Shown one piece after another: positions 42,101-53,952 of a stretch of 64,000 nt of DNA. Source of the stretch: Leptogorgia sarmentosa (lineage: Eukaryota); contig OZ210885.1 of assembly GCA_964658305.1 (NCBI GenBank), positions 23,064,001 through 23,128,000 on the forward strand. The letters are read 5' to 3'. The translations under genes were made by a program, and so were the position numbers. A model generated the notes under the pieces. That model ran no database searches, was not told where the DNA came from, and worked only from the letters and a program-made list of their open reading frames with translations. Within the stretch, counting starts at the first letter, position 1. Each line of letters begins with the position of its first letter.

Positions 42101-45100
42101 AGCTGAATTGTTGATGTAACTCAGAACAATTTGACTGTCTGTCCAAAACACTTGTTTAAGAACTTCAAACTCCAGTTCCTTTTGAAGAAGGGCATTAACT
42201 TTTGCAGAAACGAGGGCGGCTGTTAATTCCAACCTTGGGATCGTAATCATCTTGATTGGAGCAACTCGGGACTTGGACATCACTAATGTACAGTGAATTT
42301 CATTCCGATCGTTGATAAGCCTTAAATAGGAACACTGGCCATAACCAACTTGCGAGGCATCGGAAAAATTGTGAAGCTCTGCGGTAACGACGTGCCCAAA
42401 GTTCTTTGACTTATAGCATTTGGGAACTTTAAGACAAGCAAGTAAGCAAAGTTCACGAAGCCAACGTTCCCAACGAGCTCGCATTCTTTCAGGAATTTCA
42501 TCGTCCCAGTTAGATTTATCTCTGCATAATTCCTGGAGGATTTGCTTGCCAATAAGGACAAACGGTGATAGAAGACCTAATGGGTCATAGACAGAGCTAA
42601 TCGTTGATAGTAGTCCTCGTCGAGTCATCGGTCGTTCGGACAGCACAACTTGGAATTGGAATGTATCCGATTCAGCATACCATTGAACTCCGAGCGTTCT
42701 TTCCACAGGAAGACTGTCGTGTACTAAGTCGAGGTCTTCCAAGCCTTTTGCCAGATCTCTCGGAGGAACAGATTGTAGAACTTCTTTGTTGTTGGACATA
42801 AATTTATGTAAGCGAAAACCACCCTTAGCGCATAGCTCCTTGGTTTCTGTGATGAGGTTCACTGCGTCATCAGGCGTGGGTAATGACGTCAAACCATCGT
42901 CAACGTAGAAATTCTTTCGTACAAACTCAGCAGCTCGAGATCCACATTCCGCTTCCGCGTCGTTTGCTGTTGTCTTGAGGGCCACGTTGGCGCATCCAGG
43001 TGACGAAGTCGCGCCAAATAAATGCACTGTCATCCTGTAGGTTACTGGAACTTTATTTGTGTCTCCTTCTTCCCACCAAAGAAAACGAAGCAGATCTCTA
43101 TGTTCTTTGTTGACGTTGACTTGGTAAAACATCTTTTCAATATCACAGGTTACAGCGACAGGTTCCTGTCGGAAGCGACATAACACTCCTAAAAGGTTGT
43201 TCGTCAGATCGGGTCCCGGAAGTAAGCGGCGATTCAGTGACTCTCTCCTTTGTATTCAATACTACAGTCGAAAACGACTCTTATTTTTCCAGGTTTCTTT
43301 GGATGATAAATCCCGTGGTGAGGCAAATACCATGTTTTTCCTTTGGGCTCATCCTTTTCTTCATCGACTCTTTCTGCATAACCATTCTGTATGATCTCAT
43401 TCATGAATGTTACGTAATCACTTTTATACTGTCCGTCTCTGTTCATTTTGTTCTTGAGTTTGTTCAAGCGATATACGGCCTGCTCACGATTATTTGGGAA
43501 TTCATAACCTGAGTTCTTTAAGGGAAGAGGGATTTCATAATGGCAGTCTGGTTTTTGGTGGATTCCTTTAGAGACAATGTCCATGAATTTGCGATCTTCG
43601 TATGAAAGAGGCTTTTCTTCAGCGACTTCACTGAAATCTTGCTCTAGCATTTTATTCACTTGATTTGGGGTAATTATGATCTCCTTTGTTTTGGTTTTGA
43701 AGGCAAAACGGCAATGTTTGTGTTCTCACCGTCCTTAATCTCCCGAACTTCTATTTTGTTCACGTTTGCAACACCATCAAGTTCTTCACTTGAATTAATC
43801 TTTCCTATAATACCCCAGCCTAGAGCTGTTCGAATGGCGTACGGATCATCATCCTTGCCAGGAATTACTTCTCGTGGCTTAATTGCTCGAGGACAGTTGG
43901 TTCCTATGACTAATCCAATTTCTACGTCATCAAGAGGTTTCATAATTTCATTTGAAATTTGCAGCAAATGTGGCCATAATTTAGCACTATCAGGGTCGGG
44001 AATCTGGCTATTTTGACTGATGTAGCCCTTAATAGCATCTTTGGCTTCGCCCGCTGTATATTTTGCCAAGTAGAACAAGCGTTCTGAGGTCTTTTGGGTT
44101 TGATTCTCAATTATGGTTTCAAATGATTTAATCCACCGCGGAAAGTGCATCAAATCTCCTCGGAAGATCTCTGGCTCAGGCAGGGGTAACTTATCTCTGC
44201 TTTGTCTTTCGGTCAGAAGATCTGCCAAACGGGTTAAAGGGTCGTCACTTTGGACTCGTTGTGACGGCACAGGTAGTTGAGGATTACGTTGTAAATGCAT
44301 AGCGTCATTAGAACAAGATAGTGGTGTCGGAACTGTAACGCGTGGATATTCACTTGACGAAGTTGGATTTATCGTAGAAAATGGAGTCGAGTACACTAGG
44401 TTTGGTTGATAGAATCCATGATGCGGAAAGGACTCACCGAATGAAGTAGCTCGAGGTAATGCTGTGGTGTTAGGTAATCTCGATGGATGATGCAATGATG
44501 CTGGACCTTGAAAGGCTACGGTGGAGGTCGGTAAAATACTGGAAGGGATAAATGGATGCGCAGTAAGATTCCATTCAGAAATTCGAGGAGAGGTGTCACT
44601 AGTATTTCCAAAAGGTTCGCTTGGTTGTAATGAATCAGATTGTTCCTTCACATATTTGTGAACACGTTCAAGAGGACTCTGTACTTGTTCAGGAGGCTTG
44701 CATGAACCAGTTGCTGTGCCACGTTCTACATTCTCTCCTACTATATCCAATTTTTCAACTGCTTCTATTGCGGCCTCATGCGCTGCTAACTCTTTCGTCA
44801 TTTGAATTCTTTTGAGTTCCATCTCTTTTTCCTTTTCTATTTCCAGGAAACTCAGTTCGGTTTTCAACTGCGCGTGTTTTGACACTATTTTTGCCATGAC
44901 CGAGGATCGTGATGAACGTGAAGAGCGTGAAGTTCGCAAACTGCGTGCAGCTACTGTTTCAGTCGTTGTAGGATTTTGTTGACGTCCAATCATACAAATT
45001 TCGTCGATTCTACCAGTGAGGGCGGCATAACAATTATCGTACTGTTCGGTCCATAACTTGTACCGACTGTCCAACTCGCCTCTTTCTTCATCGTTGTATA

Positions 45101-45834
45101 ATTTAGCTAATTTTTCGTAGATCTGAATTAGTTCGTTCATCTCATTTTTTGACACGTTGCCAACGTTGACGAGTTCATTTCGTCTGCTAAAAGTGACTTA
45201 ACATTTTCAATTTCATTTCTCCAGCCGCGCAATACCTTTGTTAATTCTTTTTCAGCTAATTCCTTTGCGTAATTTAATCCTCTTTCTGTAGGAACACGGC
45301 CCGTATACGTCGTTGCTGTGACTACCGTCACGGCTCATGATTTCTGTGATTGCACAATGTGTCTGATTCACGCCTTCTACTGTTCGAGCGTTCTTTCAAA
45401 CTTATAATTCTTCGGTACGGGAGTTTTTACTGTAGCGTATATCTGGCGATAAGGACAAGTTCCCCACTGAATCGACAATCGACGTTTTGTGTTTGATTTA
45501 TATAATTGGTCGACACGTAAAAACTACAGATAAGCAAACAACATTTAAATACATATACAACTAAACAGGACTACATATACGAATCACATAAGTATCACTG
45601 ACATATAAAACATATAGTGATATATAACATACCTCTGTCCCCGTATTTTACAATAAACTACAGTAAGAACGATTGTACGAACGATTTCGAGTATTAACAG
45701 ATACGATGTCAGTTACCAGATACGAATACGTCCAGGAGCGTTTACTTTTATACTAAATTTGCATACACGTGACACAATACCTTACAACACATACGTCACA
45801 CTACATTACAACACATACGTCACATTACATTACA
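30164..45834 (-). mobile_element. BEL/Pao element C with two 404-bp LTRs, TACGC TSD and a triplicated internal region
   Basis: LTRs 30164-30567 and 45431-45834 (TG...CA, 3 differences noticed). TACGC at 30159-30163 and 45835-45839. PPT next to 30568. FYVDD, FSDAS, IPRLEL, VDCFGP, SDRGTNF. Gag knuckles and protease are deleted. Confidence 0.97.
30999..45371. repeat. Three tandem copies of a 4793-bp unit (30999-35791, 35792-40584, 40585-45371)
   Basis: All ORFs recur at +4793 and +9586. Junction GATTCAC-acttcc-ATCAGCACG occurs twice. One difference seen (34133 G vs T in copies 2 and 3). Confidence 0.97.
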
Positions 45835-46448
45835 TACGCTTAATATGGCATAACCCAACATTAATCACCTTTACGCAGTCTTTTGAACCCTTGCCTGTGT
45901 GGTAAACTTCTTGCAACAGACCTGCTCACACAAACCAGTTACTGCCTGACAAAATAAACATACCTTGTTACCAGTAAAATCAACAACTTGCAACATGCTT
46001 GTGAGACTTCTGGCTGTATATGATGCAGGCAACATGCATGAATGCTAACATAAATGTAATTTCAAATATATCACTAATTATGTTAAAACAATTTTATTTC
46101 AAATGAATGAATTTTTAACATAGACGTACAAGATAGTGAGTAAATAACAATGCTCACATAACTTCAGAGCAGTGCAGTTCGAAAAAAAATTCAGTCGGTT
46201 CTTTCCTCAGCACCAGAAATTGGCACCAAGCATAAATGAACTGGTAGTTTTGGTTACCAAGTTTTGCTGCTTTCCAACATTCTTTTCCAACACATCATGT
46301 TAATAACATCCTCAACAACACAATGTAATTCAGTAAAAATCCTTTTAAAAATGGCACTGCTTATAGCTATTTAACTTACATGAATACCTAACTTTACAGG
46401 TTAAATTTTTCATGCCACGAAACAACATTTAACAACCTAATTTTCATT

Positions 46449-46747
46449 TCACTTTGACATATACTTAAGGCACTGATTAGTTGGTTTCCCTTGGAGTACA
46501 GACTGCTTAATCTCAAACATTAGGTCATGGCTACAAAAAAAGCACTGCTCTTGAGTTGTCTCCTTTTCAAAGCCAGAATAACAATAATGAGGTTTTTCCT
46601 TAAGCACACAAGGAGGTATCAGGGAATCTGCTTTCTGGTGGTAGGCTAAGAGTGAGGGTTGCTGCGAAGGAAGCCACACCTTACTAATATAATCATGCCT
46701 AAACACTTGAAACCATCTCTTGTACAGACTGTTTTTGGCATAAGCAG
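46449..46747 (-). pseudogene. Probable C-terminal piece of the RAG1/Transib-like transposase found at 51965-53952
   Basis: AYAKNSLYKRWFQVFRHDYISKVWL...CY(S)G...CFFC...*. Same strand and expected order relative to the upstream pieces. Family recognised from memory only. Confidence 0.5.
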
Positions 46748-47015
46748 CCGAAAAGCTGAAAGCCTTGCTCATTTTTCATTTGTCAAGTCCAACAAGAGAC
46801 TCTTGTTGGTTGACATCCAAGGAGGCGAATACAACTTAACAGACCCAGAAATTGCCATACTAGATGGTATATATAATGATGATGATCGCCTGCTTTTCTT
46901 TGCTGGTAATCTATCAAATGAAGCTTCCAGGAATTTCTTCATGGCACACAAGTGTAGTGTGTTTTGTAACCTCCTTGGTCTGCTGCTAGAAAAGAACATG
47001 GAGGATGATGTATAG
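46748..47015 (+). pseudogene. Alpha-kinase (eEF2K/MHCK/TRPM7-type atypical kinase) C-terminal half
   Basis: KAESLAHFSF...LLLVDIQG...LTDPEIA...AGNLS...FFMAHKCSVFCNLLGL matches the alpha-kinase HF, DxQG, TDP, GNL and HxCxxxC motifs. Confidence 0.88.
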
Positions 47016-48698
47016 CATGCACAAGTAGTCTAAGTAAACAGTGTACTTCATTGTTCTGTTTGACATTCCTAACACTTTTATTCTCTTTCGAGAAATTCGT
47101 TTTGTCACCATGATCACATATAAAGAGGATGTGGATATTCAATGGTTGGACGTAATCAACATAAAGTAACAAGCTTTAAGAGTTTAAGACAATATACAAC
47201 TAGTATGTTTGTGTTTTGCAAATTGTGTTTGTTTTTCTAGATTTATGCACTAACTGAATCTAGGTATCTTTGTTTAAGTAACAAATATTTTTGAACAAAT
47301 TCGTTGCTTTGGAATTTTTCTGGTTCTGGTACATAGGCACTAAATAAAGCGCATAGATTTGCTGAGATAAAATCATCTGGGGCATCGAAGACTCCTGATA
47401 ATTCAGCTACTTTTTGAAGGTCTTGATTGATAGTATGAATAAGACACTGTCTTTTATGAGAGTACAGTAAACTGATATTTAAGTGAGGATGCATCCACTA
47501 ATTGATACCCCCTTCTCAACAAGCCAGTATTCTAATGGCACCCTACCCCTGTCTGATCAGTGTAACAACACCCACTTACCCCTGATACTCAAGGATGCTT
47601 GAAAGAAATAAAGTAGGTGAGGATGCTTGATACAGAATTTACAATATTGGTAATTAATACCAATAAAATTACATTATGACATGATCCATGGGAGTCATGC
47701 TTTATGTAACTACTACTATAGTCTGAGCATTAATTGGTCTGAATTTTCAGTTCAATGGTCTGAAGCTCTTATGACCCGGGTGTTATGACAAAAAACTGAC
47801 TTGCAATATTGCCATACCTCATTTCAACAATTATGTAAAACAGTACTTGATAATGTAGATACTTCAGGCAAATATTTAACTAGCAACCATAATATAATTT
47901 TTAAAACCCTTCTTTTCCATTCTGTATCTCTCAGGAAATTCGAATATATGGTCTGGAATCGCATCTGCCATAAGCGTCTCTTTCTGTGCCCTGATTCGAT
48001 GTGTATTCCATATTGTTGTACGAAGTTCATCAAGCTCTCGTTGCATCACAGGAATCGTAATATAAGCAAGCACTGACCTGTTAAAAGAATTAGTACATAA
48101 TTTCATACAGAATGGAGTAAAATAAAATATATCAACAAGGAAAACTACTACAGTACTGCATGCAAGAGCCTGAGATTAATGCATATACCTATCTGTATCA
48201 TCTTGTGGATTATAATGGCATTCTTCTTTCAACCAATTTAGGCCAACTTTAAAATACTTCTCCAAACGATCATGCAATTCCCTCCACCATCTCTCAATCT
48301 ATAATTAGAAATATTATATATTTTAAACATACAAACCACCCCAACCAAAAACATGAATTATCAAAAAATTTGTATAAAAAATTTTTGAGCCTTAATTCAA
48401 TTTATTCTACATAAACTGATAATTTTTAAACTTTGTTTCATTACGAACCTGATTTGATGGTGAAGGTCCGAACAAAACTGAATCAGTTGGGTCATCTAGA
48501 TCTCCTTGTTGGCTTCTAAGGTATGCATGGATGGTGGTCATTGTTGTGGTTTCAGTTCCTTTATCAAGAGTTTGGAGTTTGGTAAGATACCAGTCTCCAG
48601 CAATGATTGCAAGTACCACTTACCAACACATATTGGGTTTGTTGTCCAAACTTTGAGCCAAATTAATTTTCTGCTGGCAGTGTCGATACACCCATATA

Positions 48699-49283
48699 CA
48701 GCGTGTATCAAAAAAATGGTAACACAAATGTGGCGCGCTATATTTCACCAAATCATTGATGGATTTCATCGAGTTTTATATCATTGGAAAGTTCAGTTCA
48801 TTAGCTTTTAGATGACAAGCTTTGTGTGGCATTTAGTTAAGAAACCAGCGAGCAGTGCTTTGGTGAACATTTTAAGTGAATATCGCATATTTCCACCAAC
48901 GGGAATTGCACGGGTTTCTTTTGAAATTTAGTCCCAAGAGGTTTAAACATCTTAATCATCCTGCAATTATAATTGCAATTCAAATATTCAAATTAGTGCG
49001 AATTTTCATATTCAGCAAGCGACAAAGGTGAAAAAGATGGGTCAATTGACAATTGTTGATTAAAAATGCATATCCATTGTCTCCTTTATTCCCATCGGTG
49101 GAAATATGCAATTTTCACTTAAAACGTTTACCGATGTAGTGCTCGCTGGTTTCTTGACTAAATGCCGCATAAAACATGTCATGTAAAAGAGGAACAATTG
49201 AACTTTTGAATGATAAAATCCATTAATGAATTGTTGAGATATGGCGCGCCACATTTGTGTTACCATTTTTTTTATACACCCTG
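48699..49283. mobile_element. Tc1/mariner-type MITE (family B), intact
   Basis: TIRs CAG(C/G)GTGTAT...GGTAACACAAATGTGGCGCG. TA at 48697-48698 and 49284-49285. Confidence 0.93.
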
Positions 49284-49839
49284 TATTGCAATGGTGGAAG
49301 GTAGAACATTGGTAACCCATCATTTTGTCATGTCCATCCATGGAATATGTCCAATTAGGACCAAGGGTTACAAAGTGACCCTTTGTTCCAAGAGCTCTTT
49401 TTGGCACCAGGAGCTCTTTTAGCCAGGCCTTCGGGGTCAAGGTCAAACATTAAATCATTAACAAGAGCTCTTGGAACTTTCAAATCGTACTTCTGCCGTA
49501 TCTTTAGGGTCATCCTTACGGCTTCCCTTGCGACCTCTACAGGTACGTTGCGATCAATGTAACTTATTCTGAAATATCTCAGTCTACGATCAAGGGTTCT
49601 CAAGTTCCACTTATAAACGCTGTAATCCTTTCTCAAGAAGTCTAGAATTTCCAACCGCTGCATGTTTGCAGGCACGTATTTCTTTAAATCTTCTTCCAGT
49701 TTGCTGTTAAGCCCGCCACACACAGGAGAAACTTGCTGAGCTAACGGCCACGAATAGCCATCAGCTCAGCAAAACATTATCACCACACACGTTGAGCAAA
49801 TGTCTCAGGTGAAAAATTCTTTTAAGACCAAAAACAAAA

Positions 49840-50359
49840 ATGGCACGAGTATATGAAATGGCGATTGTTTTTATTTTGTTGATGCGACGACGTCGTCAGG
49901 ATAGCTGCGTGTCAGGTAAGGTGGACTAAAAATTGGATACTTCGACAGCCGATACACAGAGTGTACGCAAATCTGCTCAAAGAACTTAATGCCGAGGATC
50001 CAGAAACGTTTAGGCAGTATCACAGACTTGATATTGGGGCATGTGAAGAAATCTTAAACATGGTTAGCCCTATTATTCTGAAAACAGATACTGTAATGCG
50101 AACTAGTATTAGCCCTGGAGAGAGACTTGCAATAACGTTACGATTTCTTGCAACAGGTAAGTAACTGAATGCAACATCAACATCAGTATTAACATTATGT
50201 TTTGGTTCTAGCGGCTTGGCTAAAATAGTTTTGATTTCTTTAGGTGAGTCTTTTAGAAGTCTTTCCTTCCAGTATCGAGTTGGGGAACGGACAGTTTCAA
50301 ATATAGTAGATGAAACATGTAGAGCATTGTATATGGTCATGAAAGAGAAATATCTGAAG
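49840..50359 (+). pseudogene. Harbinger transposase N-terminal exons (DDE core absent)
   Basis: FRQYHRLD...MRTSISPGERLAITLRFLATG / intron 50157-50243 / ESFRSLSFQYRVGERTVSNIVDETC. Confidence 0.88.
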
Positions 50360-50594
50360 GTATTTTTTTATAACATTTAATTTTAAGCACAAGTAAAAAA
50401 AAATCTACAATCTTAATCTAAAGCTTAACATGAAACTGGCTTTAGGCTTTAGCCTTGTCAACAATGTACCCCATTTATTTCGTAAATATCCAGGGACTGA
50501 CAGTTCTACTTATCAATGCAGAACAGTCTCAGATGCATTTATGATTTATCAACTTCTTATCAACTCAACTCAAATGGTCCTCAGGTGTTTGCCA

Positions 50595-51432
50595 TTATTT
50601 CCACAATTGTGGTGAATTTTGGTTTTCTGGTGGGGGGAAAAACTGTTGTTGGACTTGTGAAGGGAACTGTTGGGGTGGGAAGAATTGCTGTTGTTGTGGA
50701 ACCACCATCTGGTGTTGACCTTTACCCAAAGTTCCCATTTGTGCTTGGAACAGAATATTATTCACATGATATTGGACAACATGTCTGACTTCACTGTCCA
50801 ACTTTCGCAGTGCTTCTGACAAGTAGCTCCCAAATGAATCACATTCTCCATCATCAACAGTTTTCTTAGCCTTTTTAAAATTAGGAGCATTGTTGCTTTG
50901 GTATACCAGATTGCTAGCTAATCCTTTCATTATTTGAAGCTCTTCTTCCTGAATTTGTTTCTTCATAGATTTAGGCCTTGGTTTAGTTGGTAATTTTGTT
51001 GATTTTGGTGTATATTCAACATTTTCAATCTCTCCTTGAACGGACGAATCTTCATCATCTTCATCAACTTCATTAAAAGGATCTATCTCATTGTCAGGCC
51101 CGGGTGTCGCTGTATCTGTTGGAATAGCAAATGGTGTCTAGATTCTATATATATGGTGAAAACTTAGAAAAAGTAAATAAGCATTTATGAACAGTATGCT
51201 AAATGCTAGACGTGTAAAAATTAAATAACACGTGTGTAATTTGAATGTTATATTACGTACCTGTCTGATTCAACTTTTTCGCCATTTCTTCGAACGCCTG
51301 TTGTCGCATATCCCTATTTTTAAAGTCTACCGATCTCACGTCATATAGGCATGGGTAGTCAGGCCATATTTCTACAAGTTTATCTTCTAAAAGCACCTCA
51401 TTTACCATATCATTTTCTTGTCTCGCCGCCAT
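50595..51432 (-). pseudogene. Harbinger MADF/Myb-like DNA-binding protein with BESS-like C-terminus
   Basis: LVEIWPDYPCLYDVRSVDFKNRDMRQQAFEEMA (MADF) and DSFGSYLSEALRKL...VNNILFQ. Convergent with the transposase. Confidence 0.85.
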
Positions 51433-51964
51433 TTTGATATAAAAAATATCGTCGATCACGTGAGAATTGGCAAATTATAATTGGTTCATTTTTTTAAAGA
51501 GTAAGCATTTAGCTCGGACTGTGCGCAGACGTTGAGGTTTATGCCATGAGAGGTGAAAAATATCAACACCGCGCGAGGCGAAATACTCACAAAAATTGTC
51601 CGCACACTGCTGAGCTGATGGCTATTCATGGCCGTTAGCTCAGCAAGTTTCTCCTGTGTGCGGCGGGCTTTACTTTTCCACGATTCACCCGTCATGTTTT
51701 AAATATAAAGTATACACAGTGTAACATAAAGGATCCCGGTGCGCTAGTGTAAATGTGGTATCGCTGGCGCGTGGAGCCATTCGCATCTAATTATATTTTG
51801 GCAGTTGGAAGTTGTGGGCCACGGGAAAGCATGTCAATTTTTTAAAATTCGGTTTTTGTTTTTACATTAAAAACAATTCGACAAATGATTTAAATTTACT
51901 TTGAAAATGTAAAATAAATTTAAAATTTATTTTGAAAAATAAAGTCAAATCAATTTGGCAGTCC

Positions 51965-52610
51965 TGGGCCACCATCAGTTGGGGAAACTGTATCAATGCC
52001 AAATAGAACTAAAGCAGTAAAATAATCACATGCCAAAGATGATAGCTTTTGAAGGTTTTCTTCGTTCATATTATAGAGCAACAAAAGCTAAAAAGGGAGC
52101 TTAGCCAACTGTTTCAAGTCATTGGAATCTCCTTTTATAGCATCTATGAGGTACATGAAACCATGTAAGAACAACTTCGAGTCCTTTCCAGTAAATCTAT
52201 AGGTAAAATCTTTGTTCCTTGTTCTATCATCTATTAACCACTTAACAAGCTGTTTCTTAAGCCTGGTTGCTTTAACCTGGCATTCCATGGCTACCAAGTA
52301 CTTGCTCATTGGAGAAGTGTGGGGCAGCTCAGAAATGTTCAAGCAAGAATATAATGAATGTATTGAAAGTATTGAAAGTACTTGCTTTAGAAACATTGCA
52401 TGCAAATGTTGGAATGTTGTTTTTCAAGTGCAATGGTTCAATAACAGCTTTATCAGAAAGCTTGCCAATAAGTGGAGGGAATTCTTGCCTTGAATGGTTA
52501 CTAGCAATAAAATTGGTCACCTTTGACCTATTGGTCTTATAAGTAACCTTGTTGGACAATTTTTTCTTAAATTTAGCAACCTTCTGAGCAACATTAACTC
52601 TCATCATAGC
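51965..52610 (-). pseudogene. RAG1/Transib-like transposase relic, middle piece
   Basis: RSKVTNFIA..HSRQEFPPLIG...EPLHLKNN, YRFTGKDS, ...LFGIDTVSPT. Frameshifted. Confidence 0.5.
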
Positions 52611-52830
52611 GATAGAGAGGAGATCATCAACCGAGCTGTCAAAATTTACCTAAAATCTAATCGGCGTAAAAAAGTTAGTGAACCTCCACAGAAGAAGCAG
52701 AAACGTGTCGATGAACAATTGAGCGGTGATAAACCGGACTCTTTGGTTGTTAACTGTGATAACGACAGTGAAAACAGCTTGTCTGATCTAGAGCGTTCTG
52801 TGTCAGAATCGGACAGTGACTCAGACTGAT
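52610..52830 (+). pseudogene. Acidic C-terminal fragment of a probable hAT-like transposase
   Basis: DREEIINRAVKIYLKSNRRKK...SESDSDSD*. Weak recognition only. Confidence 0.3.
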
Positions 52831-53821
52831 TTAGAAATTAATGTATGTAGCGTCTAAGCATGCATATACTTGCGACGCTCCGCTTTTTGTATTTCTATAC
52901 TTAGTAATAGCTTAAAATCAAAAACTCTTTAGTAGAACATAGTATTGAACTTTAGAAATCAAGAATTCAATTAGGAGTTCGAACTCATGAAAATAATTAA
53001 TATCTTGCGATAACAAATACACATCACATCATTGTATTACACACTGTACGCAAATTCCTTCAACAGCGGAGGACTTCTTGCGACACAAAGAGAAAATATC
53101 GTAGTTCATTTGTATAACTGAACGAGCCGCCATGTCTAAGTGTGGCCAAGATAACAAGCCTTTGCAAATCTTTGGTATGACTTCTCCCATAATAATGTTG
53201 CAATATATTATAATTTTGACGTTTCATATTGCATTGCAGCAATGGGTGCCAGCGCCTGCATTCTGCACGCAAGGCACTGGTAAGCAGACCAAATCTACTG
53301 TGACATGGACGAGAAAACAATTGATTTTATGACATTGCAGTAGATTTCACGCGGAGAAAGACTCGGGACAGGTGCCTTCACAGGCACCTTTTCCATCTAC
53401 TGTGGCGTGCTGGTGCCTTTGCGATCTACCATGACGTTGCAGTGCATACATTGAGCTACATATGATCCCAGGATGGGAATAGTGAAAACATCAACAATTC
53501 ATTTTGTCTGGAAATTGACAATCAAATGTCGATAAACGAAACATGGCGGGATTCGAATTTCATTGACGTTTGTTGTCCAGATTTGTCGTATTTTGGCAAT
53601 TTTCATCCCCAAGTCAAATGATTTTACTTCAGATTTGGTATATTTACACAATACCAGAGATTGAGAAAGAATTGACGCCTGAGCCGGCCTAAATATCAGA
53701 GATATTATAACAACAGGCTGTATCTATCGCTAGCTGCAGCTACTATTTAGAAAATTCCTTGAAAAATTCCCTTTTGAAAAATTTGACTGGTACATTTGCT
53801 CCGGTGGCACCCGTCTGGATC

Positions 53822-53952
53822 ATCAGATGGTACAAGCTCAAAGCGAAATGTAACTTCCCTATTGTTAAGAGAGTATGTCTTGCTTTCTATTCTCACAATA
53901 TCACAAAGAAGTAGTTTGGTAAAAATTTGGGCCACCTTGTGGTCTTCCTTAC
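53822..53952 (-). pseudogene. RAG1/Transib-like transposase relic, upstream piece
   Basis: KEDHKVAQIFTKLLLCDIVRIESKTYSLNNREVTFRFELVPSD, cut by the BEL D LTR. Confidence 0.5.

Larger units (their letters stand above)
49710..51669. mobile_element. PIF/Harbinger transposon, internally deleted, TTA TSD
   Basis: About 60-bp TIRs AGCCCGCC(A/G)CACACAGGAGAAACTTGCTGAGCTAACGGCC. TTA at 49707-49709 and 51670-51672. Confidence 0.95.
47243..51695 (-). pseudogene. Intron-containing IS3-like DDE transposase interrupted by a Harbinger and a MITE
   Basis: Excising the Harbinger gives MTGESWKSNSKLEEDLKKYV...LRTLDRRLRYF. Then GPNWTYSMDGHDK (D1), YGCIDTASRK, DKGTE (D2), SNQ/IERWWREL (E), WNTHRIRAQ. GT-AG introns at about 48300-48448 and 48079-48188. 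Confidence 0.88.
46748..51960. mobile_element. IS3EU-type element 2 (left part lost): transposase plus convergent alpha-kinase; AT-rich terminal-repeat-like tract 51800-51960
   Basis: Tail-to-tail gene pair with stops 228 bp apart. The AT-rich repetitive tract upstream of the transposase ATG resembles an IS3EU TIR, but no partner TIR is present. Confidence 0.6.

Noticed and set aside
31252..44815. Recurrent plus-strand ORFs (100, 118, 91, 65 aa)
   Set aside because: Antisense shadows of BEL pol/gag that repeat only because of the triplication.
46659..47015. Full 118-aa ORF as a host eEF2K/TRPM gene
   Set aside because: The first 30 codons or so are the antisense of another relic. Only a kinase half-domain is present.
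53000..53800. Possible Crypton-like non-autonomous end and short ORFs
   Set aside because: No tyrosine-recombinase motifs or definable termini could be shown.
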